48,833 nucleotides of DNA, taken from Nitrospiraceae bacterium (GTDB taxonomy: Bacteria > Nitrospirota > Nitrospiria > Nitrospirales > Nitrospiraceae). How positions within the stretch are numbered: position 1 is the first letter of the stretch; the number at the start of each line of letters is the position of its first letter. The position numbers and the translations under genes were made by a program. The notes below the pieces were generated by a model. It worked only from the letters and a program-made list of their open reading frames with translations. It made no database searches and was not told where the DNA came from. The stretch lies in assembly GCA_036397655.1 (NCBI GenBank), contig DASWIN010000143.1, positions 1 to 48,833 of the forward strand, in the 5' to 3' direction. Positions 1-7,759 of the stretch are shown here, in pieces.

Positions 1-1040
1 GGAAAGCCCAGCATCAGGTTCATGGCCTGAATCGCCTGACCCGCCGCGCCCTTGATCAGGTTGTCCAGCGCCGCGACGGTCACGATCCAGCCGGCCCGCG
101 TATCGGCAAAGACCGACAGGTCGCAGAAATTCGATCCGCGCACGTGGCGCGGATTGGCCGAAACGTCGCCGTCATGGATGCGGATGAACCGCTCTCCCTT
201 GTAGTAGTCCTTGTAGAGCGTGCGCAGTTGCTCGAGCGGCATCGGTTCCACCAACCGGCAGTAAGCGGTGCTCAGGATGCCCCGGTTCATCGGAACCAGG
301 TGGGGCGTGAAGGCGACGGTCAGATTCCTGGCCGCGCCCTTTGCCTTGCCGTGCTGCGAAGACAAGAGGGTCAGTTCCTGTTCTATTTCAGGAATGTGCC
401 GGTGCTGGCCGATCTTGTAGGCCTCGATCGATTCGTGCGCCTCTGGAAAGTGATAGGGCAGGGCCGGGCTTCTGCCTGCGCCTGAAATTCCGGACTTGGC
501 GTCAATGACGATGGTGTCGTGATGAATCAAGCCCTTCGCGACGAGCGGCGCCAACTGCAGGATGGCCGCAGTGGGATAGCACCCGGGCGAGGCCACCAGC
601 CTGGCCTTCTTGATGGCTTCCCGATGAAACTCCGGCAGGCCGTAGATTGCTTGTTTCAATAAGTCTTGGTGGTCGTGCCGCGCCTGGTACCAGGTTTCGT
701 AGACGGCCGGGTCCTTGAGCCGGTAGTCCGCGCTGAGGTCCACCACGTGTTTGCCCGCGGCCATGCAGGCCGCGACCGGCTGGAGGGACTTGGTGTGGGG
801 GAGGGCGAGGAACACCGCGTCCACCTTTTTGGCGATGGATTCCGGCGCCAGGGCTTCGAAGCTCAGCGGCACGACCGATGCGAGCGAGGGAAACATCGCC
901 GATACCGGTTTGCCGGCCGATTGCTCCGACGTAACCGCCGCGATGGTCATCTTTGGGTGCCCGGAGAGCAGGCGCAGGAGTTCTCCGCCCGTGTATCCAC
1001 TGGCCCCGATGACCGCGACTTTGACTGTCCCGGATCCCAT
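1..1040 (-). CDS. argC: N-acetyl-gamma-glutamyl-phosphate reductase (C-terminus truncated by window edge)
   Basis: Absent from the ORF track because it runs off the 5' edge. Manual reverse-complement translation from ATG (1040-1038) gives MGSGTVKVAVIGASGYTGGELLRLL...LVASPGCYPTAAILQLAPL...IDAKSGISGAGRS...LDNLIKGAAGQAIQAMNLMLGF, with no stop before position 1. The GASGYTG Rossmann motif and the catalytic PGCYPT motif are typical of ArgC. Confidence 0.93.
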   Translation of the reverse strand, partial: MGSGTVKVAVIGASGYTGGELLRLLSGHPKMTIAAVTSEQSAGKPVSAMFPSLASVVPLSFEALAPESIAKKVDAVFLALPHTKSLQPVAACMAAGKHVVDLSADYRLKDPAVYETWYQARHDHQDLLKQAIYGLPEFHREAIKKARLVASPGCYPTAAILQLAPLVAKGLIHHDTIVIDAKSGISGAGRSPALPYHFPEAHESIEAYKIGQHRHIPEIEQELTLLSSQHGKAKGAARNLTVAFTPHLVPMNRGILSTAYCRLVEPMPLEQLRTLYKDYYKGERFIRIHDGDVSANPRHVRGSNFCDLSVFADTRAGWIVTVAALDNLIKGAAGQAIQAMNLMLGF

Positions 1041-1077
1041 AACGCTCCGTGTGCTGCTCTTTATAATGTGACCAGAC

Positions 1078-1108
1078 AAAAAAGGGAAGGCCTGAAGCCT
1101 TCCCTTTT
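1078..1108 (-). terminator. Rho-independent terminator of the rplM-rpsI transcript
   Basis: 8-bp GC-rich stem gggaaggc (1084-1091) / gccttccc (1097-1104) with a 5-nt loop. It is flanked by an A6 run (1078-1083), which reads as T6 immediately 3' of the hairpin on the minus strand. Confidence 0.75.
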
Positions 1109-1124
1109 CCAAACACTCTGCTTA

Positions 1125-1335
1125 GCCCTCATTATCCATGGTGGCTTCTACTGCACCCACGGATACGCCGCTGCGACAAGCCTGGCTGCGCGTTGGAGGC
1201 AGCTAGGCGGGCGGGCTCGCTGCTCGGTCGGTCACCAGACTGTTTCAAGTCTGTCTCCCTCCCTCGCAACTCCACGCGCCCGTCTCGCGAGGCGTCTTCG
1301 TGGTTTCGTGACGAACCCTCATGAATAATGAGGGC
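1125..1335 (-). repeat. MITE-like palindromic intergenic repeat, copy 1 (211 bp)
   Basis: Terminal inverted repeats gccctcattatccatg (1125-1140) and catgaataatgagggc (1320-1335). Nearly colinear with copy 4 (17729-17939) and, in reverse complement, with copies 2 and 3. Flanked by TA on both sides (1123-1124 and 1336-1337). Central hairpin cagact-gtttca-agtctg at 1236-1253. Confidence 0.85.
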
Positions 1336-1342
1336 TAGAGGA

Positions 1343-1735
1343 TTACCGCTTCGAGTACTGGAAGCGCTTGCGGGCGCCCTTCTGTCCGTACTTCTTCCGT
1401 TCCTTGACGCGTGAATCACGCGTCAGCAAGCCTTCCTTTTTCAAGGCTTCACGGGTCGCCGGCGTCATTGTCACCAGCGCCTTGGCGATGGCGTGCCGCA
1501 GCGCGCCGGCCTGGCCGGTCGTCCCGCCGCCGTACACGGTGGCGCGCACGTCGTACTTGCCGAGCATTCCGGCGACTTCAAGCGGGTACTGCACGATGGT
1601 TCTCAGTGTCGGCCTGGGGAAATATTGTTCCAGCGGACGGGTGTTCACGACCACCTGGCCGGCGCCCGGTGTGACCCATGCCCGGGCGATGGCGTTCTTG
1701 CGCTTGCCTGTCGCGTACTGTGTGGCTGCTCCCAT
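1343..1735 (-). CDS. rpsI: 30S ribosomal protein S9
   Basis: 130-aa ORF ending ...[19 protein letters not shown]...[25 protein letters not shown], the classic S9 C-terminus. Lies directly downstream of rplM, as in most bacteria. Confidence 0.98.
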   Translation of the reverse strand: MGAATQYATGKRKNAIARAWVTPGAGQVVVNTRPLEQYFPRPTLRTIVQYPLEVAGMLGKYDVRATVYGGGTTGQAGALRHAIAKALVTMTPATREALKKEGLLTRDSRVKERKKYGQKGARKRFQYSKR

Positions 1736-1781
1736 AATCTCCGTCGTCTCCTTCTTGTGTCTCTATTTAGTATGACTGTCG

Positions 1782-2210
1782 TTATAAGGCAAGCGATTCC
1801 GGGTGCTGCGCCGTGTGCGGGTGCTCGGCCCCGGGGTAGATTTTCAGCTTCCTGGCCATCTGCTTGCCCAGCGGATTCTTCGGCAGCATGCCCTTGATCG
1901 CGGTTTCGAGCAGCGCCGTGGGGTTTTTCTTGTGCAGGTGCTCGGCCGTGGTGGACTTGAGACCGCCCGGATAACCGGTGTGCTGCCGATAGAGCTTGGT
2001 CTTGAGCTTCCCGCCGGTCAACTGGACCTTGCCCGCATTGACCACGACGACATGATCGCCGGTGTCCACGTTCGGGGTGAAGATCGGTTTGTGTTTGCCG
2101 CGCAGGACGGACGCGACGCGCGCTGCCAGCCGTCCCAGCGTTTTGCCGTTCGCATCCACCACGTACCACTTGCGCACCATCTCCAATGGCTTTGCCTGAT
2201 AGCATCCCAT
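1782..2210 (-). CDS. rplM: 50S ribosomal protein L13
   Basis: 142-aa ORF with ...[46 protein letters not shown]...[12 protein letters not shown]..., a conserved L13 sequence. Conserved rplM-rpsI pairing. Confidence 0.98.
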   Translation of the reverse strand: MGCYQAKPLEMVRKWYVVDANGKTLGRLAARVASVLRGKHKPIFTPNVDTGDHVVVVNAGKVQLTGGKLKTKLYRQHTGYPGGLKSTTAEHLHKKNPTALLETAIKGMLPKNPLGKQMARKLKIYPGAEHPHTAQHPESLAL

Positions 2211-2263
2211 GATTCCTGCTCCTGCCTTTCTCTGATCGGGCTATCCGATTGACCGTGCCGCGG

Positions 2264-2737
2264 TCATCCGCCGGCGCCGGTGTGCTTCGTGCCCAGTTTC
2301 TCCAGCCACGACTCCAGCGAATTGCCGCCCCGTTGCTGGAGCACGTTCGCCGTGACATAGATCGGGCTGTTGGTTCTGATCGCCAGTGCGATGGCGTCGC
2401 TGGGTCGCGCATCCACCGTACGCTCCGCACCTTGCGACGTCAGGTGGATTGACGCAAAGTACGTGTTGTTCTTCACATCCGTCACGACCACCTTCGAAAC
2501 GGCCAGATTCAGGTGTTCCAGCATGCTGCGGAGCAGATCGTGGCTCATCGGCCGCGGCGTCGGCGCATCGTCCATCGCCAGCTTGATCGCGTTGCCTTCC
2601 GCGGCGCCCACCCAGATCGGCAGGACCTGGGCCGTGCGCTCGTCGCGCAAGATGACGATCTGCGTCTCGGTGTTGGGGTCGGCGACCACCCCATGCACGG
2701 TCAGCTTCGTCAATTCTATTTGGCCATTCTGTCCCAT
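2264..2737 (-). CDS. Bifunctional nuclease domain protein (DUF151/BFN family), paralog 1
   Basis: Family-typical blocks ILRDE...LPIWVG..EG.AI, TPRPMSHDLL and DARPSDAIALAIR. I prefer the ATG at 2737; the track ORF extends to an alternative start at 2752. Confidence 0.82.
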   Translation of the reverse strand: MGQNGQIELTKLTVHGVVADPNTETQIVILRDERTAQVLPIWVGAAEGNAIKLAMDDAPTPRPMSHDLLRSMLEHLNLAVSKVVVTDVKNNTYFASIHLTSQGAERTVDARPSDAIALAIRTNSPIYVTANVLQQRGGNSLESWLEKLGTKHTGAGG

Positions 2738-2865
2738 GACGTGCCCCACCAACCCGCCGACTGACTACTTGCAAGGCATGCGCCTCACCATCTTTGTCTC
2801 TATAGTTCCGGATGATGGAATATCGATGGCGATCGAGGGGGCCGCGGGGAGCGCTGCCGCTCACG

Positions 2866-3321
2866 TCAGGTCTCGTTTTTTCCAAAATCTTCCGGCTTGA
2901 GATTCTCCAGCCACTGATCCAATTCGTCCGAAGCCTGCTTGCGAAGCACCTCTTCGTTGGCGAAGACCGGGGCCTTCGTGCGGAGCGCCAGCGCAATCGC
3001 GTCGCTGGGGCGCGCGTCGATGGAATACTCCGAGTCCTCGAACGTCAGGTGGACCTTGGCGTAATAGGTGTTGTCTTTCAGGTCGGAAATCACCACGCTG
3101 ATCACCTTGGCGTCCACCGCGTCCAGAATTGCTTTCATCAAATCATGCGTCATCGGGCGGGGCGTCGTCACGTCCTCCAGTGCAAAACTGATCGAACTCG
3201 CTTCGGGCTTGCCCACCCAGATCGGAAGCATTTCGCTGTTGTCTTCGTCGCGCAAAATCACGATAAACGTATTGTTATAGGGGTCGAACATCAGGCCCCG
3301 GACTTTCATTTGTGCAATCAT
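2866..3321 (-). CDS. Bifunctional nuclease domain protein (DUF151/BFN family), paralog 2
   Basis: Same blocks as paralog 1: ILRDEDNSEMLPIWVG, TPRPMTHDLM, DARPSDAIALALR. Shared C-terminal D/E-x-WLE-x-L tail. I prefer the ATG at 3321; the track ORF starts at a GTG at 3348, which would leave almost no leader after the predicted promoter. Confidence 0.82.
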   Translation of the reverse strand: MIAQMKVRGLMFDPYNNTFIVILRDEDNSEMLPIWVGKPEASSISFALEDVTTPRPMTHDLMKAILDAVDAKVISVVISDLKDNTYYAKVHLTFEDSEYSIDARPSDAIALALRTKAPVFANEEVLRKQASDELDQWLENLKPEDFGKNET

Positions 3322-3365
3322 GGGTGCCGTCGACCTCTTGCGTAACACACTGAGATTTCAGCGCC

Positions 3366-3395
3366 ACTCTAGCATTTGGTTTTCCGCTTTGTCAA
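3366..3395 (-). promoter_or_regulatory. Sigma70-type promoter for the BFN pair
   Basis: On the minus strand: TTGACA (3395-3390), 18-nt spacer, TAGAGT (3371-3366). It lies about 45 nt upstream of the ATG at 3321. Confidence 0.5.
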
Positions 3396-3421
3396 CGAAA
3401 CCGGAGCCCGATTTGGCGTGA

Positions 3422-4192
3422 TCACCGGGGAAGATTTGCGAGGTCGAAGGCGCGTCCAGAAATGGCCGGCGAGGAACGTGCGGCAAGGTGCAACAGGGCG
3501 CGGGCGGCCACGGAAGGATCGCGCAGCGTGCTGCGATCTTCGCGCGGGTAGGCCTGGGCCCGCATCCTGGTGCTGGTTCCCCCCGGATTAAAGGTGATCA
3601 CGCAGACGCCGTCGGGGCGGAGTTCATCGGCCAGCACTTGCGACAGGCCTTCGACGCCGAATTTGGACACGGCATAGGCGCCCCACCCGGCCCGGCCGGT
3701 CCGCCCGACCGACGAAGAAAGCGTGATGATGCATCCGCTCCGCTGCTGCGCCATGAGCCGTGCGGCTTCCTGCGTGATATAGAATGTTCCGGTAAGATTG
3801 ATGCGAAGCACCTGCGCCCATTCACGGTGCGGGTAACGGATGAGGGGGACGCGCGGTCCCAGGATACCGGCGTTATTGATGAGCACATCCACCCGGCCGT
3901 AGCGGCGGAGTGCCAGGTTGACCAGTGCGCGGGCCTGGCGGGCCGATCCGATATCCATCACGCGCGCGACGGCCTCGCCCCCGGCGGCTTGAATCGCCGA
4001 GCAGGTCGCGCGCAGTTCCCTGCCGGTCCGTGCGCAGAGCACCACGCGTGCGCCAATGCGGGCAAACAGCTCAGCCGTGGCACGGCCGATGCCGCGACCC
4101 GTTCCCGTAATGATCACAACGGCGTGATCAAGGCGATGTCTTGTGGCCGGCGATCCTATGTTGGTCTTGCGAGGTCGGTGGGATCGCGTCAT
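3422..4192 (-). CDS. Short-chain dehydrogenase/reductase (classical SDR) family oxidoreductase
   Basis: Cofactor motif ITGTGRGIGRA, NNAG, and catalytic S...YAVSK (YxxxK). 256 aa. Confidence 0.9.
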   Translation of the reverse strand: MTRSHRPRKTNIGSPATRHRLDHAVVIITGTGRGIGRATAELFARIGARVVLCARTGRELRATCSAIQAAGGEAVARVMDIGSARQARALVNLALRRYGRVDVLINNAGILGPRVPLIRYPHREWAQVLRINLTGTFYITQEAARLMAQQRSGCIITLSSSVGRTGRAGWGAYAVSKFGVEGLSQVLADELRPDGVCVITFNPGGTSTRMRAQAYPREDRSTLRDPSVAARALLHLAARSSPAISGRAFDLANLPR

Positions 4193-4246
4193 GGACAGTG
4201 GATACCAACTATTATAAGAGCGGACAGGAGGCGGGCAGGGCCGAGG

Positions 4247-4519
4247 CTATTGCGGTTTGAAATTTTCCTGCACCTTGGAGGTATCCACGGTTTCACCAAG
4301 CTTGAGGAATGCCCGCATGTGCTTCTTGACCATTTCCCTGCCGCTCTCGTCACCGAGGTTGATCTGATACTCATTGATAACCATGACCCGCATGCCTTCC
4401 CATTCTTTCCAGCACGGCTGGCAGATCTTGGCCTTGATCTCCGCTTCAAGCCGCCCCAGGAATAATGGAGCGGTGATTGGCTCAGCGTCTTTTTCGCATT
4501 TGATGCAGTGCACGGCCAT
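4247..4519 (-). CDS. YggX-like Fe(2+)-trafficking / oxidative-damage protection protein
   Basis: The 90-aa product from the ATG at 4519 (RBS aaGGAGc upstream) reads MAVHCIKCEKDAEPI...GRLEAEIKAKICQPCWKEWEGMRVMVINEYQINL, which resembles the YggX family. The track ORF has a 17-codon upstream extension. Confidence 0.8.
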   Translation of the reverse strand: MAVHCIKCEKDAEPITAPLFLGRLEAEIKAKICQPCWKEWEGMRVMVINEYQINLGDESGREMVKKHMRAFLKLGETVDTSKVQENFKPQ

Positions 4520-4662
4520 TCGGGGCTCCTTCGCGTATGAGGTTGCGGGCGAACGGGGCGATTGTAGCACCCGAATCCGATGAAAGAAAAGAGGGGTTTT
4601 GGTTCGGTTGACCGGTGGGGGCGATCATGTTAGGACATGAGCGGTCTTCAGCGGGACGCGAC

Positions 4663-4749
4663 GCCCGGATGGCGGAACTGGCAGACGCGCCAGACTCAAA
4701 ATCTGGTTCTCGCAAGAGAGTGGGAGTTCGATCCTCCCTCCGGGCACCA
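4663..4749 (+). tRNA. tRNA-Leu (anticodon CAA), type II with long variable arm, CCA encoded
   Basis: Manual fold: acceptor GCCCGGA/TCCGGGC; anticodon stem CCAGA/TCTGG with loop CTCAAAA (anticodon CAA); variable arm TCTC-GCAA-GAGA; T arm GGGAG-TTCGATC-CTCCC; discriminator A plus CCA. Confidence 0.96.
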
Positions 4750-5000
4750 GCCTTCGCCCGCCTTCGCGAAACGCTTCGGCGGGCTTCGGCTAGCGAGCCA
4801 ACTATTTCAGAGCAATGCGGGCGAGGTTGCCCGCCATAGCTTTAGCGACGGCGGGCACGCTCTGCTGCCGCTTCGGCTGGCAGGCCTATGATCGTGATTC
4901 GCTTGAGCCGTTTCCCGCTCCAATTTTTATGCAATTAATGCCAAAAAATCCTGTATTTTACGGGTCTGTAGAGCGTATAACCCTGCCCCTAGAATACCCC

Positions 5001-5029
5001 TTGACAGGACTTTGGGGTTGGCTTATAGT
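5001..5029 (+). promoter_or_regulatory. Near-consensus sigma70 promoter with AT-rich upstream region
   Basis: TTGACA (5001-5006), 17-nt spacer, TATAGT (5024-5029). Preceded by an unusually AT-rich stretch (4920-4975, e.g. ccaatttttatgcaattaatgccaaaaaatcctgtatttta) that could act as an UP element. Confidence 0.6.
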
Positions 5030-5112
5030 CCGTCCTGCTTAAACGAGGATATGGCTGAATTTGTCGTTACTTATTGACCCCTTTATCGTTCAACTCACTA
5101 AGGAGGCAGCAC

Positions 5113-5868
5113 ATGCGTAACGTGTTGGCACTAGGAGCTGTGGTACTTTTCGTCGGCTCCGTGAGTGTGGCAGTGGCCCAGGAGCGCGGGCAGCAAACAC
5201 CCGGATTTGGTGTCGGACTTGGTGTCGGAGACATCTCCGGAAGCCCCGGCCGTGTCCAGGCGTTCGACAAGAACGCGTTTTTGGAGAGGCTTTCGCAGGC
5301 TGAGACCGTCATGGGACGCATCTTCGCCATTGATTTTGCCCAACATCGGCTCATGATTGAGACGGGCGGAGTTGGTAGTGTCAATGATGAAGGGCAGGAG
5401 GGGAAAGCCGGCTCGGGGGCGCGGACGGTTGTGACCCTGTACATGAACGAACAATCCAATATGGAGGCCATCCAGCACCTCCATACCGGCGATGAAGTCT
5501 ACTGCGAAGCCCGCGAAGAGACGACGGCACAAAGCCCGTTTGGGACAGGGCATAAGGCGGTTACTGTATGCACCGTCTACCGCGGTGCGGCGACGATGGC
5601 CGGTTTTGGGGGCCTCGGACAGAGGCCAAATCCCATGACGGAGCGTGGCATTGAAACGAATTCAGGCTCCAACCATGCCGGGGTTATTGGTCAGGTGCTG
5701 TCGGGCGAGATCAAGGAAGGGATCCCCACGGGGGTCTCTGAATACACCGGCGCGGCTCCCTGCTGGAATTGCTCGCCGCAGCCAGGATGGGGCGACAACG
5801 GGCAGGGCAACAAGACCGATTACGGGTCGGATATGAGCATGACCAAACCCAATCTGGTCAAAAAGTAA
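5113..5868 (+). CDS. Secreted hypothetical protein (signal peptide, Gly-rich)
   Basis: ATG at 5113 preceded by AAGGAGG. N-terminus MRNVLALGAVVLFVGSVSVAVAQE looks like a Sec signal peptide with an AVA-Q cleavage site. I recognise no family. Flanked by its own promoter and terminator. Confidence 0.72.
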   Translation: MRNVLALGAVVLFVGSVSVAVAQERGQQTPGFGVGLGVGDISGSPGRVQAFDKNAFLERLSQAETVMGRIFAIDFAQHRLMIETGGVGSVNDEGQEGKAGSGARTVVTLYMNEQSNMEAIQHLHTGDEVYCEAREETTAQSPFGTGHKAVTVCTVYRGAATMAGFGGLGQRPNPMTERGIETNSGSNHAGVIGQVLSGEIKEGIPTGVSEYTGAAPCWNCSPQPGWGDNGQGNKTDYGSDMSMTKPNLVKK

Positions 5869-5892
5869 GCCTGTCGTTCGAATGTATATGCG

Positions 5893-5931
5893 ATCGGGGG
5901 TGGCTGGAGACAGCCACCCCCGATTTATTTT
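5893..5931 (+). terminator. Rho-independent terminator
   Basis: Perfect 14-bp stem atcgggggtggctg / cagccacccccgat with a GAGA loop, followed by TTTATTTT. Confidence 0.88.
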
Positions 5932-6012
5932 GAGACCACGTCGAGATCCTCCGCTTGTCCAGTGTCCTCCGCCTTGCTACTATGGGGCGAGCAAGCGGCA
6001 AGAGGTTAGCCC

Positions 6013-6282
6013 GTGACCGATAGCAAACAACAGAGCGAGGGTACGGAAGTGCAAGCGGATGCCGAGCTGGACCTGCGCGGTGTGATCTGCCCCTATAACT
6101 TCGTCAAGACCAAGCTGAAGCTCGACACCATGGGGGCCGGGCAGGTGCTGGCAGTCATTCTTGACGACGGGGAACCGATTCGAAACGTGCCCCGCAGCGT
6201 CAGTGACGACGGGCATACCGTGCTGCGGCAGGAATCATTCCATCGTGCCCATCGGGTCATGATCAAGAAGCGCCCCGACTGA
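6013..6282 (+). CDS. TusA/SirA-like sulfur-carrier family protein
   Basis: 89-aa ORF (GTG start) with LDLRGVICPYNFVKTKLKL, a CP-x-x motif at the position of the TusA active-site cysteine, and a size typical of the family. Confidence 0.75.
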   Translation: MTDSKQQSEGTEVQADAELDLRGVICPYNFVKTKLKLDTMGAGQVLAVILDDGEPIRNVPRSVSDDGHTVLRQESFHRAHRVMIKKRPD

Positions 6283-6997
6283 GCTGCGCTCTCTTTACCC
6301 GCTTCCTCGAAGTCCGCCGTTCCGGTTGAGCCCCGTCGATGACCAGGGTCAATTCTCCCCCAACAGCCCGTGCGGTTCGTCCCCGAACGATCTCGTCGAT
6401 CGTTCCACGGAGCCACTGTTCCTGAGGCGTGGTAAGGTTGCAGGCGACGGCGATACGGCGGTTTCCGAATTCGTCGCGCAGCGTCTTCAACGTTGCCGGC
6501 AGGCGGCGCGCAGACTCGAAGCAGACGAGTGTTCGCCGCTCCGCGCGAAGCGAGCGGAGCAGGGCGCGGCGTGTTGACGGCCGTGCAGGCAGCGGACCGG
6601 CAAACACAAAGGCGTCGCCGGAAAGCCCCGAGGCCGCGAGCGCGGCGAGGACTGCGGAGGGTCCCGGGATGGACACGACGGGAATTGCACGACGCAGGGC
6701 CTCGAGTATGAGCAGGGCCCCCGGGTCCACAATGGCCGGCGTGCCTGCGTCCGATACCAGGGCCACGCTCTGTCCTTCCTGCATGCGCTGGAGGAGCACC
6801 GGGATTTTGTCTTCCTTGTTGTCGTTCTGATAGCTGGTGAGCGGGGTTGTAATGCCATGCCGGGCCAGAAGCGCCTGGGTGCGCTGTGGATCTTCCGCGG
6901 CGATGACGGCCACGGCCTTGAGCGTGCTGAGCGCGCGCAACGTGAAGTCGTCGGAATTTCCGATCGGCGTGCTGACGATGTAGAGGAAGCCTGCCAT
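6263..6997 (-). CDS. rsmI: 16S rRNA (cytidine1402-2'-O)-methyltransferase
   Basis: From the ATG at 6997: MAGFLYIVSTPIGNSDDFTLRAL...VIAAEDPQRT...LVSDAGTPAIVDPG...IPGPSA, a tetrapyrrole-methylase fold with RsmI-type motifs. The track ORF has a 27-codon N-terminal extension. The 3' ends of rsmI and the TusA-like gene overlap convergently by 20 nt. Confidence 0.9.
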   Translation of the reverse strand: MAGFLYIVSTPIGNSDDFTLRALSTLKAVAVIAAEDPQRTQALLARHGITTPLTSYQNDNKEDKIPVLLQRMQEGQSVALVSDAGTPAIVDPGALLILEALRRAIPVVSIPGPSAVLAALAASGLSGDAFVFAGPLPARPSTRRALLRSLRAERRTLVCFESARRLPATLKTLRDEFGNRRIAVACNLTTPQEQWLRGTIDEIVRGRTARAVGGELTLVIDGAQPERRTSRKRVKRAQLSRGAS

Positions 6998-7121
6998 GAC
7001 GAGCGATGCTATCCTGTCCGGAGACCGAAAGTCGAACGGGTGTTTTGTGCCGGTCCCGCGGCGCTGTCTAGGCGGCAAATGCGCTCTGTGCTACGATGCC
7101 CGGCGGTGAGGCCGGATCAGT

Positions 7122-7661
7122 ATGGATTCGAAATTTCTCATTGAACCGCATGACGAATGGATTAGGGGCAACTATTCGTTTTGCCCGAAGTGCGGCGGCG
7201 GCCTGGGCCGTCGTGCGATCAAGGAATCGGAACCGGAACGTCTCGTCTGCCAGTCCTGCCGGTTCGTTTTTTTTCTCGATCCGAAGGTGGCGGTCGGCAC
7301 GATCACCTCGCTCGACGGGAAGCTGGTGCTCCTGAAGCGTGCCATCGAACCGGCCTATGGGAAATGGGTGTTTCCAGGCGGGTTCGTGGATCGGGGTGAA
7401 CGGGTCGAGGAGGCGGCCATTCGAGAGACTCGGGAAGAAAGCCATCTCGATGTCCGGCTCACCGGATTGCTGAACATCTACTCCTATGCGGATCATCCCG
7501 TGATCATTATCGTCTATGTGGCCGAGGTGTGCGGAGGGGTGCTCGCGGCCGGCGATGAAACTCTTGATGCGGGCACGTTTGCCCCGTCGGCGATTCCCTG
7601 GGGTGATCTGGCGTTTCCCAGTACCGCGCAGGCCCTGCGCGACTATCTGGCAAGGGCGTAA
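7122..7661 (+). CDS. NUDIX hydrolase with N-terminal zinc ribbon
   Basis: CPKCG...CQSC zinc ribbon, then the Nudix box GGFVDRGERVEEAAIRETREESHL (G-x5-E-x7-REUxEExGU). Confidence 0.9.
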   Translation: MDSKFLIEPHDEWIRGNYSFCPKCGGGLGRRAIKESEPERLVCQSCRFVFFLDPKVAVGTITSLDGKLVLLKRAIEPAYGKWVFPGGFVDRGERVEEAAIRETREESHLDVRLTGLLNIYSYADHPVIIIVYVAEVCGGVLAAGDETLDAGTFAPSAIPWGDLAFPSTAQALRDYLARA

Positions 7662-7686
7662 AACGCCGGGATCGACGCGGCTTTTC

Positions 7687-7716
7687 TTGACGGGCTCGCT
7701 TTTCTAAGGCTATAAT
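7687..7716 (+). promoter_or_regulatory. Sigma70-type promoter of the hem gene run
   Basis: TTGACG (7687-7692), 18-nt spacer, TATAAT (7711-7716). It lies about 45 nt upstream of the ATG at 7760. Confidence 0.6.
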
Positions 7717-7759
7717 CTCCAATTCCAATTTCTCTTGATAATTTGCGAGGATAGGCAGG

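Noticed and set aside
144-1328. Track ORFs 144-485 (+), 502-1116 (-), 666-1328 (+) and 751-1071 (+)
   Set aside because: All overlap the clearly recognisable argC frame or the repeat element. Their products are Arg/Gly/Pro/Ala-rich with no motifs, as expected for off-frame ORFs in high-GC DNA.
4663-5931. Integrated genomic island or prophage at tRNA-Leu
   Set aside because: I could see no integrase, no phage-like genes and no direct repeat of the tRNA 3' end downstream. Only one small orphan gene separates the tRNA from ordinary housekeeping genes.
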